Position numbers and translations under genes: made by a program
In this document: positions 33,340-43,694 of the stretch, in pieces
Layout: each line of letters starts with the position of its first letter
Numbering within the stretch: the stretch's first letter is position 1
Notes under the pieces: model-generated
Told to the model about the DNA's origin: nothing
What the model saw: the letters and a program-made list of their open reading frames with translations, nothing else
Database searches by the model: none
Assembly (NCBI GenBank): GCA_963709345.1
Contig: CAVPVX010000007.1
Span: 713,447 to 777,446, forward strand
DNA: 64,000 nucleotides
Reading direction: 5' to 3'
DNA from: an uncultured Actinomycetes bacterium
GTDB lineage: Bacteria > Actinomycetota > Thermoleophilia > UBA2241

Positions 33340-33738
33340 CCGGCACCTTCCTCTCGACGACCTGACCGCAACGTGGCACTGCTGCTCCCGTCAGATCGCG
33401 ACGGCACGGTGGTTCTGACAGCTTGTTCCCTCTATTCCCCGATTCGAGAAATACAGCACCCCGCATCGGCCATGTCAGCGCCGCGCCTCGATCGCCGCCC
33501 GATCAGTTCGCACGCTTCCCAGAGCACGAACAGCGCCCCGGCCGGCGCACGCGACGACACCCCGGCCGAAGGACGGCGGCAAGCCGGCGGACCTGTGCCC
33601 GCTCGGACGATGCCGATAGTGGGTTGTGGAACACTATTCGTGCTCCCATACTCGTGTGCAGGGCCCGACGCGCCCTGGTGGCGCCGCCGGCGCGGCGGAC
33701 CGGCGCGGCCTCGGGCGGAATGCGGCACGGGCGATCAC

Positions 33739-34845
33739 ATGGTCTCAGTCCGGTACGCGGGCACGCTCGCCCGCTTCATCCACAGAACCACGCTGTCTCC
33801 CGGCCGCCGCTGGTGGATCGGCGGAGCGGCCGTCCTCACCCTCGCGGCCGCGGCCCTCGGGGGCGACGACCTGGCCCGCATGGGCCGCTCCTTCGCCGGC
33901 GCCGACTGGCGATGGGCCGCAGTGGCCGGCGCGCTCACTCTGGCCTCGCTCGTGCTCCGCAGTCTCGTGCTCCAGACCATCGTCGGCGCTATCGGCGACG
34001 TTCGCGCCCGGTTCGGCGAGGCCTTCTCGGCCACGAGCATCGGCCAGCTGGCCAACTCGCTCGTCCCCGTGCGCGTCGGCACCGTACTCTCTCCCTACGT
34101 GCTGTACGTGCTTCTGCGCCGGCGTGGCGCTCACTTGCCGTTCGCCACGTCGTTGGGCGTCACGCTCACGGAGCGGATGTTCGCCATCGCCACCTTTCTG
34201 GTGATGGCGCTCCTCTTCCTCTCGACTCTGTCCACGCCGGCGTGGGCGACCAACACGCTGCTGGTGAGCGCCGCCCTCATCGCCGTGCCGGTCATCGGAG
34301 GCATCGTCCTCGATGTGCGGCGCGAGAAGGTCGCGGAGGCGTGCGCGCATGGCGGCCCGCGCGTCAGGCGCATGGGCCGCTGGCTGCCGCAGCTCATCCA
34401 GAGCCAGCGCATCTGGGGCAGGCCCCTGGCGGCGCTGGCCGTCTCGGGCACCCAGATCCTGGCCTGGATCGCCCAGCTGGCCGCCGCGTTCGCCATGCTC
34501 CAGGCATTCCATCTTGGGGCGGCCGGGCTGCGCGGGGCCGCCCTCGTCGTCGTCCTCACGAACCTGATCAGCCTCGTCCCGGCGACGCCGGGGAACGTGG
34601 GCACCTTCCAGGTGGCCGCGGTCGCGGCGCTGGCGACGTACGGCGTGGCCGCCGGCCCGGCCCTGGCCTACGCGCTCGGCCTGCAGGCCCTGCAGCTCGT
34701 CGTGGGGGTCGTCGCCGGGCTCGGGGCGCTCAGCGTACAGGACATGACGCTCGCCGACATCGCCGGCCGCAGCCGCCAGGCAGCCGCTGCGCTCCGGACC
34801 CCCGAGCCGAGCGTCTCCGTCGCGGAAGGCCCCGCCGGAGGCTGA
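33739..34845 (+). CDS. Lysylphosphatidylglycerol synthase TM-region (flippase-like) protein
   Basis: IGQLANSLVPVRVG, ERMF, VPATPGNVGTFQ. Confidence 0.82.
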   Translation: MVSVRYAGTLARFIHRTTLSPGRRWWIGGAAVLTLAAAALGGDDLARMGRSFAGADWRWAAVAGALTLASLVLRSLVLQTIVGAIGDVRARFGEAFSATSIGQLANSLVPVRVGTVLSPYVLYVLLRRRGAHLPFATSLGVTLTERMFAIATFLVMALLFLSTLSTPAWATNTLLVSAALIAVPVIGGIVLDVRREKVAEACAHGGPRVRRMGRWLPQLIQSQRIWGRPLAALAVSGTQILAWIAQLAAAFAMLQAFHLGAAGLRGAALVVVLTNLISLVPATPGNVGTFQVAAVAALATYGVAAGPALAYALGLQALQLVVGVVAGLGALSVQDMTLADIAGRSRQAAAALRTPEPSVSVAEGPAGG

Positions 34846-34901
34846 GCCGGCCGTGCGGACACGCTCGGCCGCGGCCCGACGGACGGAGCGGCGGCGGTCG
34901 C

Positions 34902-35201
34902 TCAGCCCGTCGTCCCGGAGCGGCGCCTGAAGAGCATCGCCGCGACGACCACCGAGACGACAACCGCGCCGGCGACGGGCACGGCGACGGCGACCTTGCC
35001 CCTGGCCGCCGCGGCGCGCCGCCGGCCGGCGTCCAGCGCCTCGTCGAGGTCGCGGCGCAGCGCGGTGAACGACTGCTCCAGCCCGTCGCGCTCCTTCTCG
35101 ATGTCGGCCAGTATCTGCCCGCGCGGGCGCGCAGGCGCCGTGGCCTCTTCGGCCGGCGGCGCCACGGCCTCGGCGTCGGCGCCTGGGGTCTCGGTTCTCA
35201 T
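34902..35201 (-). CDS. DUF3618-like small membrane protein
   Basis: ILADIEKERDGL plus C-terminal TM helix; coupled to the holin-family gene. Confidence 0.6.
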   Translation of the reverse strand: MRTETPGADAEAVAPPAEEATAPARPRGQILADIEKERDGLEQSFTALRRDLDEALDAGRRRAAAARGKVAVAVPVAGAVVVSVVVAAMLFRRRSGTTG

Positions 35202-35719
35202 GCTTCCTCCCGTCCCGTGTCCGATCGCGGCGCGGACGCCGGCGCGCCGGGGGTCGCTTCCCGCCCGGCGCCGGGCGCCGCCGCCGGCGGCCTCCGCCCC
35301 GGCATGACCCCGGCGCGGACGCCGGCAGTCGTGCCGCGCGCGTGCGCCTTGATGAGCGCGGCCGTCGCCTGCGCCTCCGCCAGGGCGTTGTCGGGCGGCA
35401 CCTCCTGGAGCTTCTGGATCTGGCTGCGGCCGACCAGCACGAGGATCGTGATGACGAGGACGAGCGACAGCGTCACGATCAGCAGTGACAGCCACAGCGG
35501 CAGGACGAGCGCCAGGGCGACGGCGATCGTCGCCAGGGCGAAGCCGACGGCATACAGAGCGATCAGACCGGCGCCGGCGAAGACGCCGACCGCCGTCCCG
35601 AGCTGAAGCCCCTTGACCTTGAGCTCACTGCGCAGCAGCTCGAGGTGGAGCTGCGCGAGCCGCCGCCCTCGCGTACGGATGTCGTTGACCGACTCGGCCA
35701 GGCGCTGCTGCGACTGCAT
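35198..35719 (-). CDS. Actinobacterial phage-holin-family (YhjD-like) membrane protein
   Basis: HLELLRSEL followed by two TM helices, LPLWLSLLIV. Confidence 0.75.
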   Translation of the reverse strand: MQSQQRLAESVNDIRTRGRRLAQLHLELLRSELKVKGLQLGTAVGVFAGAGLIALYAVGFALATIAVALALVLPLWLSLLIVTLSLVLVITILVLVGRSQIQKLQEVPPDNALAEAQATAALIKAHARGTTAGVRAGVMPGRRPPAAAPGAGREATPGAPASAPRSDTGREEA

Positions 35720-35957
35720 CCCCCCACCTCCCCTGGTGCATCACCGAGGCCGGGCCGGCCCGGCGGCTACGCGAGCAGTATAGGGCCACTGTGACAACGC
35801 GCAACGGTCCTGGCGCCGGCGAAAGGCGCCCGCCCCGTCCAGTCCTTCCACGCGGCCCGGCGGTCCGCCCGGCGGGAGGCTCGAGCGACCTCCGCGCGGT
35901 AGAGTGGACCCAACCAACGTCGGCGGACTTGAAGTGGACACCGAAGGGAGTGAGCCC

Positions 35958-37427
35958 ATGAAGCGCAATCTCCAGGCGGGCGTGCGGCGCAACGCCGGCG
36001 CTCGCTTTGAGGTCTTCAGCGAAGCGGACCTCGACGACATCCATCGCGCCACACTGGAGGTGCTCGAGCGCACCGGTGTGTTCGTGGAGAGTGACGACGC
36101 GCTCGACGTGTACGCCGACGGCGGCTGCCGCGTCGATCGCGAGACCAAGACCGTGAGGTTCCCGCCGCACATCATCGAGGACGCCATCCGCTCGTCACCG
36201 AGCAGCGTGCGGCTCTGCGGGCGGGTGCCGGAGAACGACATCATGCTCGAGGGCGGCCGGGTCGGCTTCACCAACTTCAGCGCCGGCATCATGGTCCTCG
36301 ACCCGCGGACCGACGAGCACCGCCAGTCCACCGGGCAGGACGTCGCGGATCTCGCACGCATGACCGATTACCTCAGCGAGATCGACACGTACGAGCACTC
36401 CGTCGAGAGCCGCGAGTCGTCGCAGGACACGCTGGCCGTGCGCGACGCGGCCATCGGCCTCGCGAACACGACCAAGTGCGTCGGCACCGGGGCGCTCTCG
36501 ACGGACGACGTCGAGGCCATCGTGCGCATGGGCGCCGCCGTGGCCGGCGGCGAGGACAAGCTCCGCGAGCGGCCGCTCGTCTACTTCTGCGAGTGCCCCG
36601 TCAGCCCGCTGAAGCTCACGCGCGACGCGGCCGAGGTCATCATGGGCGCCGCCCGCCACGGCCTCCCGAACAACGTCATCTCCATGGCGATGTCCGGCGC
36701 GACCTCCCCGGTCACCTTGGCCGGCACGCTCGTCACGCACAACTGCGAGGTGCTCTCGAGCATCACCCTCGCGCAGCTCACCGAGCGTGGGGCGCCCAGC
36801 ATCTACGGCTCGTCGACGACGACCATGGACCTGCGGCTCGCGACGGCCTCCGTGGGCTCGCCCGAGCTCGGCTTGCTCAGCGCCGGCGTGGCCCAGCTCG
36901 CACAGCGCTACCTGCTGCCGAGCTTCGTGGCCGGGTTGTAGGCAGACTCCAAGCTCGGTGACGTGCAGACCGGTCACGAGAAGACGATGACCGCCCTCAT
37001 GGCAGCGTTGGCAGGCGCCAACCTGATCTACGGGGCGGGAATGACCGAGTCGGGCGTCACCTTCGATTACGCGCAGTACGTGCTCGACAACGAGATCGCG
37101 ACCATGGTCAAGCGCGCGGTCGGCGGCATTCCCGTCAGCGACGAGGATCTGGCCGTCGACGACATCCACAAGGTCGGGTCGTTCGGCCACTATCTGGGCC
37201 TCCCGGCGACCCGCAAGCGCGGGCGCGAGCTCAGCCAGCCCAAGCTTCTTGACCGCCGCGGTCGCGAAGGTTGGGAGGCCACGGGCTCCGTGGACGCCTA
37301 CTCCGCCGCCAAGGAGGCGGCGAAGCAGATCCTCGAAGAGTACCGGCCGGAGCCGCTCTCGAGCGACGTCGCCGACGAGATCCAGGCGATCCTGCACGAA
37401 ACGGAGGAGCGGCGCGGCGTCTCGTGA
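35958..37427 (+). CDS. mttB: Trimethylamine:corrinoid methyltransferase, pyrrolysine-containing (in-frame TAG 36939-36941)
   Basis: ORFs 35904-36941 and 36963-37427 are in frame; junction PSFVAGL-[TAG]-ADSKLGDVQTGHEKT matches the MttB Pyl motif; 489 aa with TAG at codon 328. Confidence 0.9.
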
Positions 37428-37445
37428 CGTCACGGGCGGCGGGGT

Positions 37446-38462
37446 CTACCCCCCGCCGCCCACCGCGGTCTCGAAGTCGATGCGCGTCTCGGGGACGACC
37501 TCGAGCGTGATGGGCATGTCGAACACGCGGCCGCGCAGCGCCTCCTGCAGCGGTTGTGACGACGGAAGACCGCCCTGGCCGGCCACGACGATCCGCAGAC
37601 GGTCGTCGACGACCTCCACAGACACGAGCCGGAAGTCGCTCCCCTCCAGCCACGCAGTGGCGGCCTCGGTCGAGCGCTGGTCGATCAACGTGTTGATGAT
37701 CGACGACAAGCTCGTCGCCGCCAGCGGGACGATGATGAGGACGCCCAGCACGATCGCGAGCGCGAGCGCGGTCACCCTGGCGCGCTTCGACTGCTCGGCG
37801 AGGTAGGCGCGCGGATACCCCATGATCCAGAACATGAACGCCCCGGTCAGCAGGATGGCGAGGTAGTTGGTGACGAACAGCAGCAGGCTGCCCAGAGCGA
37901 GGTCGTAGTTCTTCGTCGCGAGCAAGACGCCGACGTTGGAAAGTGGAGGCACCAGAGAGATCGCGATGGCCACGCCCGGCAGCGTGTCGGAGACGTCCTT
38001 GCGCCCGGTCGCGAAGGCGCCGGCGAGCCCGGTGGCCAGCGCGGCCAGCAGATCGATCAGTCGCGGTGAAGTGCGGCTCATGATCTGGGAGTTCGCCTCG
38101 ACGTCGATGATGGAGCTGAAGCCGCGCGTGAGCGCGAAGCCCACCGCGACCGCCGTGCCGATGCCGAGGAGGGAGATCGTGAGCGACCGGCCGATCGCCC
38201 GCCGGTCTCCCAGGCTCACACTGAACGCCAGCCCCATGATGGGGAGCATCAACGGCGCGACGATCATCGCGCCGATCACCGTGGCGACGGAGTCGGCGAG
38301 CAGGCCGTACGTGGCGATCGCCGAGGCCAGCACGAGGAGCATGAAGAAGCGCCAGATCTTGCGCCTCTGCTCGGGCTGCTCGAACAGCAGCACGTCCCTC
38401 ACGCGCCGCAGCTCTCCGTCGTCGACCCTGCCACCGTGGAAGAACTCGTTGAACGCGCTCAC
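37446..38462 (-). CDS. DUF389 membrane protein
   Basis: ATVIGAMIVAPLM, SRTSPRLIDL, LPGVAIAISLVPPL. Confidence 0.9.
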   Translation of the reverse strand: MSAFNEFFHGGRVDDGELRRVRDVLLFEQPEQRRKIWRFFMLLVLASAIATYGLLADSVATVIGAMIVAPLMLPIMGLAFSVSLGDRRAIGRSLTISLLGIGTAVAVGFALTRGFSSIIDVEANSQIMSRTSPRLIDLLAALATGLAGAFATGRKDVSDTLPGVAIAISLVPPLSNVGVLLATKNYDLALGSLLLFVTNYLAILLTGAFMFWIMGYPRAYLAEQSKRARVTALALAIVLGVLIIVPLAATSLSSIINTLIDQRSTEAATAWLEGSDFRLVSVEVVDDRLRIVVAGQGGLPSSQPLQEALRGRVFDMPITLEVVPETRIDFETAVGGGG

Positions 38463-38748
38463 GTCGCCCCCTCGTCTCAGCCGGCGCGTCCGGCGTGTCC
38501 GGACTCCGGCGCCTTCGCCACTGCGGCGACATGTTCGCACAGACGCGTCGATTATGGGAGGCGAAGGACTCCTGGAGCGGAGTGCCCGGGTGGGCACAGC
38601 AAAGCACCAGATCGCACGTCCGCGGCCACGTGAGAGCGCCCGGGACAGGGCGGCAGGGGGCGGGTGTGACATGGAGTCGGAGTTGCGCTCAAGGCCGCAG
38701 CGGCGAGCAGCCTCGCCGCCCGGCGCACTGCGGCGCGCCGGGGCGCGG

Positions 38749-39837
38749 TCAGGCGGCGCCGGTCGTCAGCCTCGCCTCGAGCGCCGGGAACGCCCCCACC
38801 ACCATGTCGACGAGCCGGTCCGTCGGCCGCGTCAGCGCGTCAGTGGCCGGGACGCCGAGCTCGAGCTCGTAGAGGATGATCGCGGCGCTGACCTCGGCGT
38901 CGGTCATGTCCTCATGGTTGATGGTGAGGCCGATGACCGGCGTGCCGGCGAACGCCCGCAGGAGGGCGATCTCACTCGCCGCGGTCGGCGTCGGCACCAG
39001 GGGGAAGTCGCCCAGCATCTTGCGCGCCGGCGCGTGCTGCAGGATGACCGCGTCGGGCCGGGCGCCTCTGAGGATGAAGGTCGACGACAGGTAGGCGGGA
39101 TGACTCAGCGCGCCCTGCCCCTCGATGACGATCACGTCGGGGTGCTCGGCCTCGAACGCTTCCACCACCGTGGCCTCCACTTCGCCCGAGCAGTACTGGC
39201 ACGGGATGGCGTCGAGCGCGACCCCGTAGCGCGCGCCCTGGATGAGCCCGGTCTGGCCGGTGCCGACCATGACCGCCTTGATCCCGCGCTCATTGAGCGC
39301 ACGCGTCAGGACGACGGCGGTCGTGCGCTTACCGACGGCGCCGTCGGTGCCGAGCACGGCGACGCGCGGGCAGGCCACCTCGTCGATGGCGCCGGTGAAC
39401 ATGCGCAGGTCTCTCTTCGCGCGCGGGCGGCGCACGTCGAGGATCCGCACGCCGTGCGTCGCCGCAGCCGCCGCGAACTCCGCGTCGTCGTTCAGGAACT
39501 CGTGCAGGCCGTTGACGATGTGCATGCCGCGGCGCATCGCATCGAGCACGACATCGCGCTGGTGAGCAGAGAGCAGGCCGCTGAGCGGCGCCACGCCGAG
39601 GATGAAGTAGTCGGGAACGCGACCCGCGAGCGCGATGGCGTCCACGAGGTCGGCACAGATGGGAATTCCGTTCGGAGCGTCGTCGAGAAACGCTCCGGCG
39701 TCGAGACCCGCCTTGGCGCTGTCGATCACCGAGAGGATCTCGTACTTCTCGGAATGACGGACCAAGCCGTTGGCGGTCTTGCCGTCGGGGGTGCCGAAGA
39801 ACCCTTCGGAGTACACGACCGCGGTCTTGCTCATCAT
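38749..39837 (-). CDS. DUF1611 family protein (DgcN-like)
   Basis: GKTANGLVR, NGLH, GTDGAVGKRTT, TGQTG, IEGQGALSHPAY. Confidence 0.9.
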   Translation of the reverse strand: MMSKTAVVYSEGFFGTPDGKTANGLVRHSEKYEILSVIDSAKAGLDAGAFLDDAPNGIPICADLVDAIALAGRVPDYFILGVAPLSGLLSAHQRDVVLDAMRRGMHIVNGLHEFLNDDAEFAAAAATHGVRILDVRRPRAKRDLRMFTGAIDEVACPRVAVLGTDGAVGKRTTAVVLTRALNERGIKAVMVGTGQTGLIQGARYGVALDAIPCQYCSGEVEATVVEAFEAEHPDVIVIEGQGALSHPAYLSSTFILRGARPDAVILQHAPARKMLGDFPLVPTPTAASEIALLRAFAGTPVIGLTINHEDMTDAEVSAAIILYELELGVPATDALTRPTDRLVDMVVGAFPALEARLTTGAA

Positions 39838-40574
39838 GAGGAACCTCCGGGCTCTGGTCGTCTGCCGCCGTCGAACCGCGGCGTGTGCTCGAGGAGCCCG
39901 GAGACGTCGAGACCCTGATGGAACGTGCCGACGTCCCGGCGCTCGAAGAGGCGGCCGCGGCCGGTGACGACCGCGGACTCGCCGCTGACGCGCAGCCACG
40001 CGCCCTCGTACAGCGCCAGCACGGCGCAGTCGTTCTCCTCGAGGAACTCCGCGATCCGCTCTTCCCGGGTCTCTCCCATGAAGGTCGAAGACGGGTCGGC
40101 GTCGATGTAGTGGAGGTTGATCTGGAAGGGCACCAGGCCGAGCGCCGCGAAGCTCGGCGGCAGACAGATGGGCATGTCGTTGGTGGTGCGGATGGTCGGG
40201 CAGGCGACGTTCGTGCCGGCGGAGGCGCCGACGTAGCGCGTCGCGCCCTCACGAACCCGGGCGCCGAGCTTGTCGATCACGCCGAGGCGATAGAGGGAGT
40301 CGAGCAGCCGGAAGGTGTTGCCACCGCCCATCAGTACGACTTCGGCTTCGAGGATCGCCCGGTCCGGCGCGCCCGAGCGATGGGCGGACACCGCCTCGAT
40401 GCCGATCGATGCGAGCGCCGCGCCGGCCCTGTCGGCGTAGTCGTCCCAGTCCGCGAGCGCGTACGGGATGAACGTGACCACAGCGCCGGCCGAGACGCCG
40501 ACCAAGGCCTCGGCGGCATGGGAGAACATCGTGCCGCCGTGGTTGGTGGAGTTGGAGAGCAGGAGCAACTCCAT
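39834..40574 (-). CDS. pepE: Dipeptidase E
   Basis: LLLLSNS, GGGNTF, GASAG, IRTTNDMPI, FQINLHY, GETREERI. Confidence 0.9.
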   Translation of the reverse strand: MELLLLSNSTNHGGTMFSHAAEALVGVSAGAVVTFIPYALADWDDYADRAGAALASIGIEAVSAHRSGAPDRAILEAEVVLMGGGNTFRLLDSLYRLGVIDKLGARVREGATRYVGASAGTNVACPTIRTTNDMPICLPPSFAALGLVPFQINLHYIDADPSSTFMGETREERIAEFLEENDCAVLALYEGAWLRVSGESAVVTGRGRLFERRDVGTFHQGLDVSGLLEHTPRFDGGRRPEPGGSS

Positions 40575-40687
40575 GTGCGCCCTTCTGGTCGGCCGGCCCG
40601 TGAGGCGCTCATGAGCAAGCTGTTGACGGCGCGAGTGGGCTGGGCGGCCCTGCGGCTACCCAGCCCACGGCGTTCGCCGGAGAGCGT

Positions 40688-40891
40688 CTAGAGAGCGGTC
40701 ACCTGCGTCGCCTCGGCCTTGCCCTTCTGGCCGGTGGCTTCCGTGAAGGACACGGCCTGACCCTCGGCGAGGTTCTTCACGCCGTCGCCCTGGATCTCGG
40801 AGATGTGGACGAACAGGTCGTCGCCGCTCTCACGCTCGATGAAGCCGTACCCTTTGTCTGCGTTGAACCACTTGACTTTGCCTTCTGCCAT
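40688..40891 (-). CDS. cspA: Cold-shock protein
   Basis: [25 protein letters not shown]. Confidence 0.95.
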   Translation of the reverse strand: MAEGKVKWFNADKGYGFIERESGDDLFVHISEIQGDGVKNLAEGQAVSFTEATGQKGKAEATQVTAL

Positions 40892-41015
40892 TTCAGTCTC
40901 ATCCTCTCGCACCACCGGGGCACAAACACAAAAAGCGACCCGACCTTCACCGCCAGAGTGCGGTGTGTCACGTCGCATTCCCGCGAGCCGGGACGGCTCG
41001 CCTGAGTGAAGTATA
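40892..41015 (-). promoter_or_regulatory. csp promoter and long structured 5' UTR
   Basis: TATACT -10 box at 41010-41015; hairpin 40983-41001; about 110-nt leader. Confidence 0.5.
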
Positions 41016-41020
41016 GCCCT

Positions 41021-41929
41021 TTACCGCTCGCTCGGGCCGTCGGTCGCCGTTGACCTCCGGAGAAAGCGCACGGCCTGGAGCGCCGCGACCTGGCCCTCGC
41101 CGACGGCCTTGGCCGTCTGGTAGGGCTCTCCCGTGCAGTCCCCCGCCGCGAAGACCCCGGGCACGGCGGTCTCCATGTGCCTGCCGACGGTCACATGGCG
41201 ACCGTCGGAGTCCAGGCCGTCGAGAAGGGTCCGGGGGGAGACGCCGTTGCGGTAGATGAACACGGCGTCGACCTCCAGATCCTCGGCGGGCAGCGTCACC
41301 ACCATGCCGCCGTCGGCGCGCGCCAGCCGCGTCGGGCGCGCTCCGGTCAGCACGCGCACGCCCTCCGGAAGACGGTTGTCACCCTTGTACAGAGGCAGGT
41401 AGGTGACGTCGACCGCGTAGTCCTCCGCCAGCGCCGACGCTTCTTCCTCGCCCTCGGGGGCGTAGCTGATGAAGGCCGCGCGGCGCCCCGCGAACAGCCT
41501 GCCGTCGCAGGTGACGCAGTAACACACGCCCTGACCGACGAGCTCCTCTTCCCCCTCGATCTCGGCTTCGCGGTACACGCCGGTGGCGAGCACCACGGCG
41601 CGCGCGTGGTACATCTCGCGCTCGCTGAAGACGGCGAACCCGTCCGCGTCTGGGACGATCTTCGAGGCCTTCTGCTCGATGAGCGGCACGTCGAACTCGG
41701 CGAGGTGACGCCGGAACGCCTCCGCCAGCTCCTCCCCGCTCGCGGCGGCGAACCCGAGGTAGTTGGCGACCGAGTGCGCCTTGCGGATCAGGCCCGACGG
41801 CGCCTGCCCGGCCATCACGGCCACGGTGCGCTTGCGGTTGGCCACGTTGACGGCGGCGGAGATGCCCGCCGGCCCCGATCCCACCACAATGACGTCGTAC
41901 TTCACCGACTTGGCCGCGGAGTCTTCCAC
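41021..41929 (-). CDS. Thioredoxin reductase-like NAD(P)/FAD oxidoreductase
   Basis: GSGPAG, LATG, YCVTCDG, GVFAAGD. Confidence 0.88.
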   Translation of the reverse strand: MEDSAAKSVKYDVIVVGSGPAGISAAVNVANRKRTVAVMAGQAPSGLIRKAHSVANYLGFAAASGEELAEAFRRHLAEFDVPLIEQKASKIVPDADGFAVFSEREMYHARAVVLATGVYREAEIEGEEELVGQGVCYCVTCDGRLFAGRRAAFISYAPEGEEEASALAEDYAVDVTYLPLYKGDNRLPEGVRVLTGARPTRLARADGGMVVTLPAEDLEVDAVFIYRNGVSPRTLLDGLDSDGRHVTVGRHMETAVPGVFAAGDCTGEPYQTAKAVGEGQVAALQAVRFLRRSTATDGPSER

Positions 41930-42052
41930 CTCAGTCCCTTCGTTCAGTCGTCCCAGCCCGGTGGGCCGGAACTCGCCTCAACGAGAGACTCCCCCCGACG
42001 GCATCCCCGAAAACGGGTGCGCCGGGGAGAAGATGGCAGGCGGCCCGATGCG

Positions 42053-42592
42053 TCAGTGGCGAGGAGCGTCGTCGCCCAGGGCGCGGCGCAGGCTCTCCCG
42101 ACGCTTGCTCAGCGCCTCGCGGTGCCCCTTGATCCCACGATCCGTACAGTCGAGAAGGCCGAGCGACGCCGCGCACTCGATCTCCTCCAGCGCCTCCGCC
42201 GGCAGCCCCGCGCGCTTGAGCAGGAGACTCAGACGGTCGAAGCCGAGCAGCAGGTCGCGGCGCACACCCTCGTGATCCAAGGGGTCGGCTGCCGCCTCCA
42301 GCACGCCGACGATCGCATCCCGATACAACGCCGCCGCGCGGGCGGGGTCGCTCTTCTCACACTCGCGGGCGTCGCTCATCAGCAGCGAGGCATCCTCAGA
42401 GACGGGCGCTGAGTGGTCGCCACGGCCGTCCCGGCCGGCGACCTGCCCGGCCACATTCGCGCCGCCCTGCGCGGCAGGCGCTTCGGTCACCGCCGAGGCC
42501 GTGCTCACCGGCGAGCCGACGCGCGTCCCGCACACCGTGCAGAAGGTCGCCGTTTCACCGATGGACAAGCCGCAGTGCTCGCACGCTCGCAT
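42053..42592 (-). CDS. Zinc-ribbon plus helical-domain protein
   Basis: CEHCG..FCTVCG N-terminus; GAGGGG RBS. Confidence 0.7.
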   Translation of the reverse strand: MRACEHCGLSIGETATFCTVCGTRVGSPVSTASAVTEAPAAQGGANVAGQVAGRDGRGDHSAPVSEDASLLMSDARECEKSDPARAAALYRDAIVGVLEAAADPLDHEGVRRDLLLGFDRLSLLLKRAGLPAEALEEIECAASLGLLDCTDRGIKGHREALSKRRESLRRALGDDAPRH

Positions 42593-42718
42593 CGCCCCTC
42601 CCCGACCGTGTCGCTCCTGCCTACTATCGGCAGAAAACAGGCAAGCCGTAGCACGCGGCCGATCCCGCCGCTCGCGCCCGCAAGCTCCTCCGCCCGGCGC
42701 CGGCCCGGCGGCAACGCC

Positions 42719-43417
42719 TCAGCCTTCGCCGGCGCCCCAGAAGGGCGCGTGGCGCCGGCGGCAGAACTCGCGGTAGTCGCCGAGGAACTCGAAGTCGGCG
42801 TAGTCGATGCTCGCGACGCGGCCGCGGTGCAGCACGAGCTGCGGGTTCGCCTCGTTGAGCTGTGAGACGAGCGCGGCCTCGGCTGCGCTCAGTGGGCCCA
42901 GCACGGCGCCGAGGTGGAGCGCCCACACGGATGAGGCGTCCGGCTCGAACTCGGGCGGCAGGAAGATGTTGTCGAAGACCGCCGCGCCGCCCTCGTACCG
43001 GTACTCCGCCTGCGCGGAACCGTCGGCGGCCGTGGCCGGCGCGACCGGGATCACCGTGTGCGAGAGCAACCAGTTCGAGACCGACGACACGTGCCGCGAG
43101 TGCCCCGGCAGCGACTCGGCGGCGAGCTGCCAGTGGTAACCGGAGGCGTTGCAGCGCAGCACGTGCTCGCGCTCGATGGTCGCCTCCGCGCCCGCCTGCG
43201 CCATCCAGCCGGTGAAGTCGGCCAAGCCGTGGAACGGCGTGTCCGTGGCTTCGAAGATGGCGAGCACCGGCGCGTAGTCGGCGACCTCGTCCGGCGCGAG
43301 GCCGCGCAGGTACTCGAACACGCGCCGCTCCTCCTCCGCCGTCACCGGGCAGGGGCAGCTCAGCACGATCCTGAGCGCCAGCTCGAGCGCCTCGCCTCTG
43401 ATCCTCATCCTCGTCAC
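42719..43417 (-). CDS. Hypothetical protein
   Basis: Coding-like composition, GGAGAG RBS, no recognised family. Confidence 0.65.
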   Translation of the reverse strand: MTRMRIRGEALELALRIVLSCPCPVTAEEERRVFEYLRGLAPDEVADYAPVLAIFEATDTPFHGLADFTGWMAQAGAEATIEREHVLRCNASGYHWQLAAESLPGHSRHVSSVSNWLLSHTVIPVAPATAADGSAQAEYRYEGGAAVFDNIFLPPEFEPDASSVWALHLGAVLGPLSAAEAALVSQLNEANPQLVLHRGRVASIDYADFEFLGDYREFCRRRHAPFWGAGEG

Positions 43418-43694
43418 TCTCCAGTCTCTGTGGCCGGCGCGTCGGCGCCGCGATGATCGATCGTCGAGAGCGCGTCCACCGGCATCGGAACCGGGGAGTG
43501 GCGGATGCGCTCGATGGTCGCGGCTCTCACGCGGAGCCTGCCCCGGGGGCGTCGGCAGGACGGGGCCGAACGGGGTGATCGGCGACCGCCGCCAGGAGCG
43601 TGCGGCGGGAGGCGCTCACCGGCGGCGCCGGTCGCGGGTCGCCGTGCGCGGCTTGGTCATCGCAGCGGCGCAGAAGAACACCTTGACCTACGCG

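Noticed and set aside
35198-35719. Prophage implied by the holin-family gene
   Set aside because: This family with a DUF3618 neighbour is a common chromosomal actinobacterial pair; no phage genes nearby
36939-36941. mttB as a nonsense pseudogene or two genes
   Set aside because: The TAG sits exactly in the conserved Pyl motif and both halves are intact and in frame
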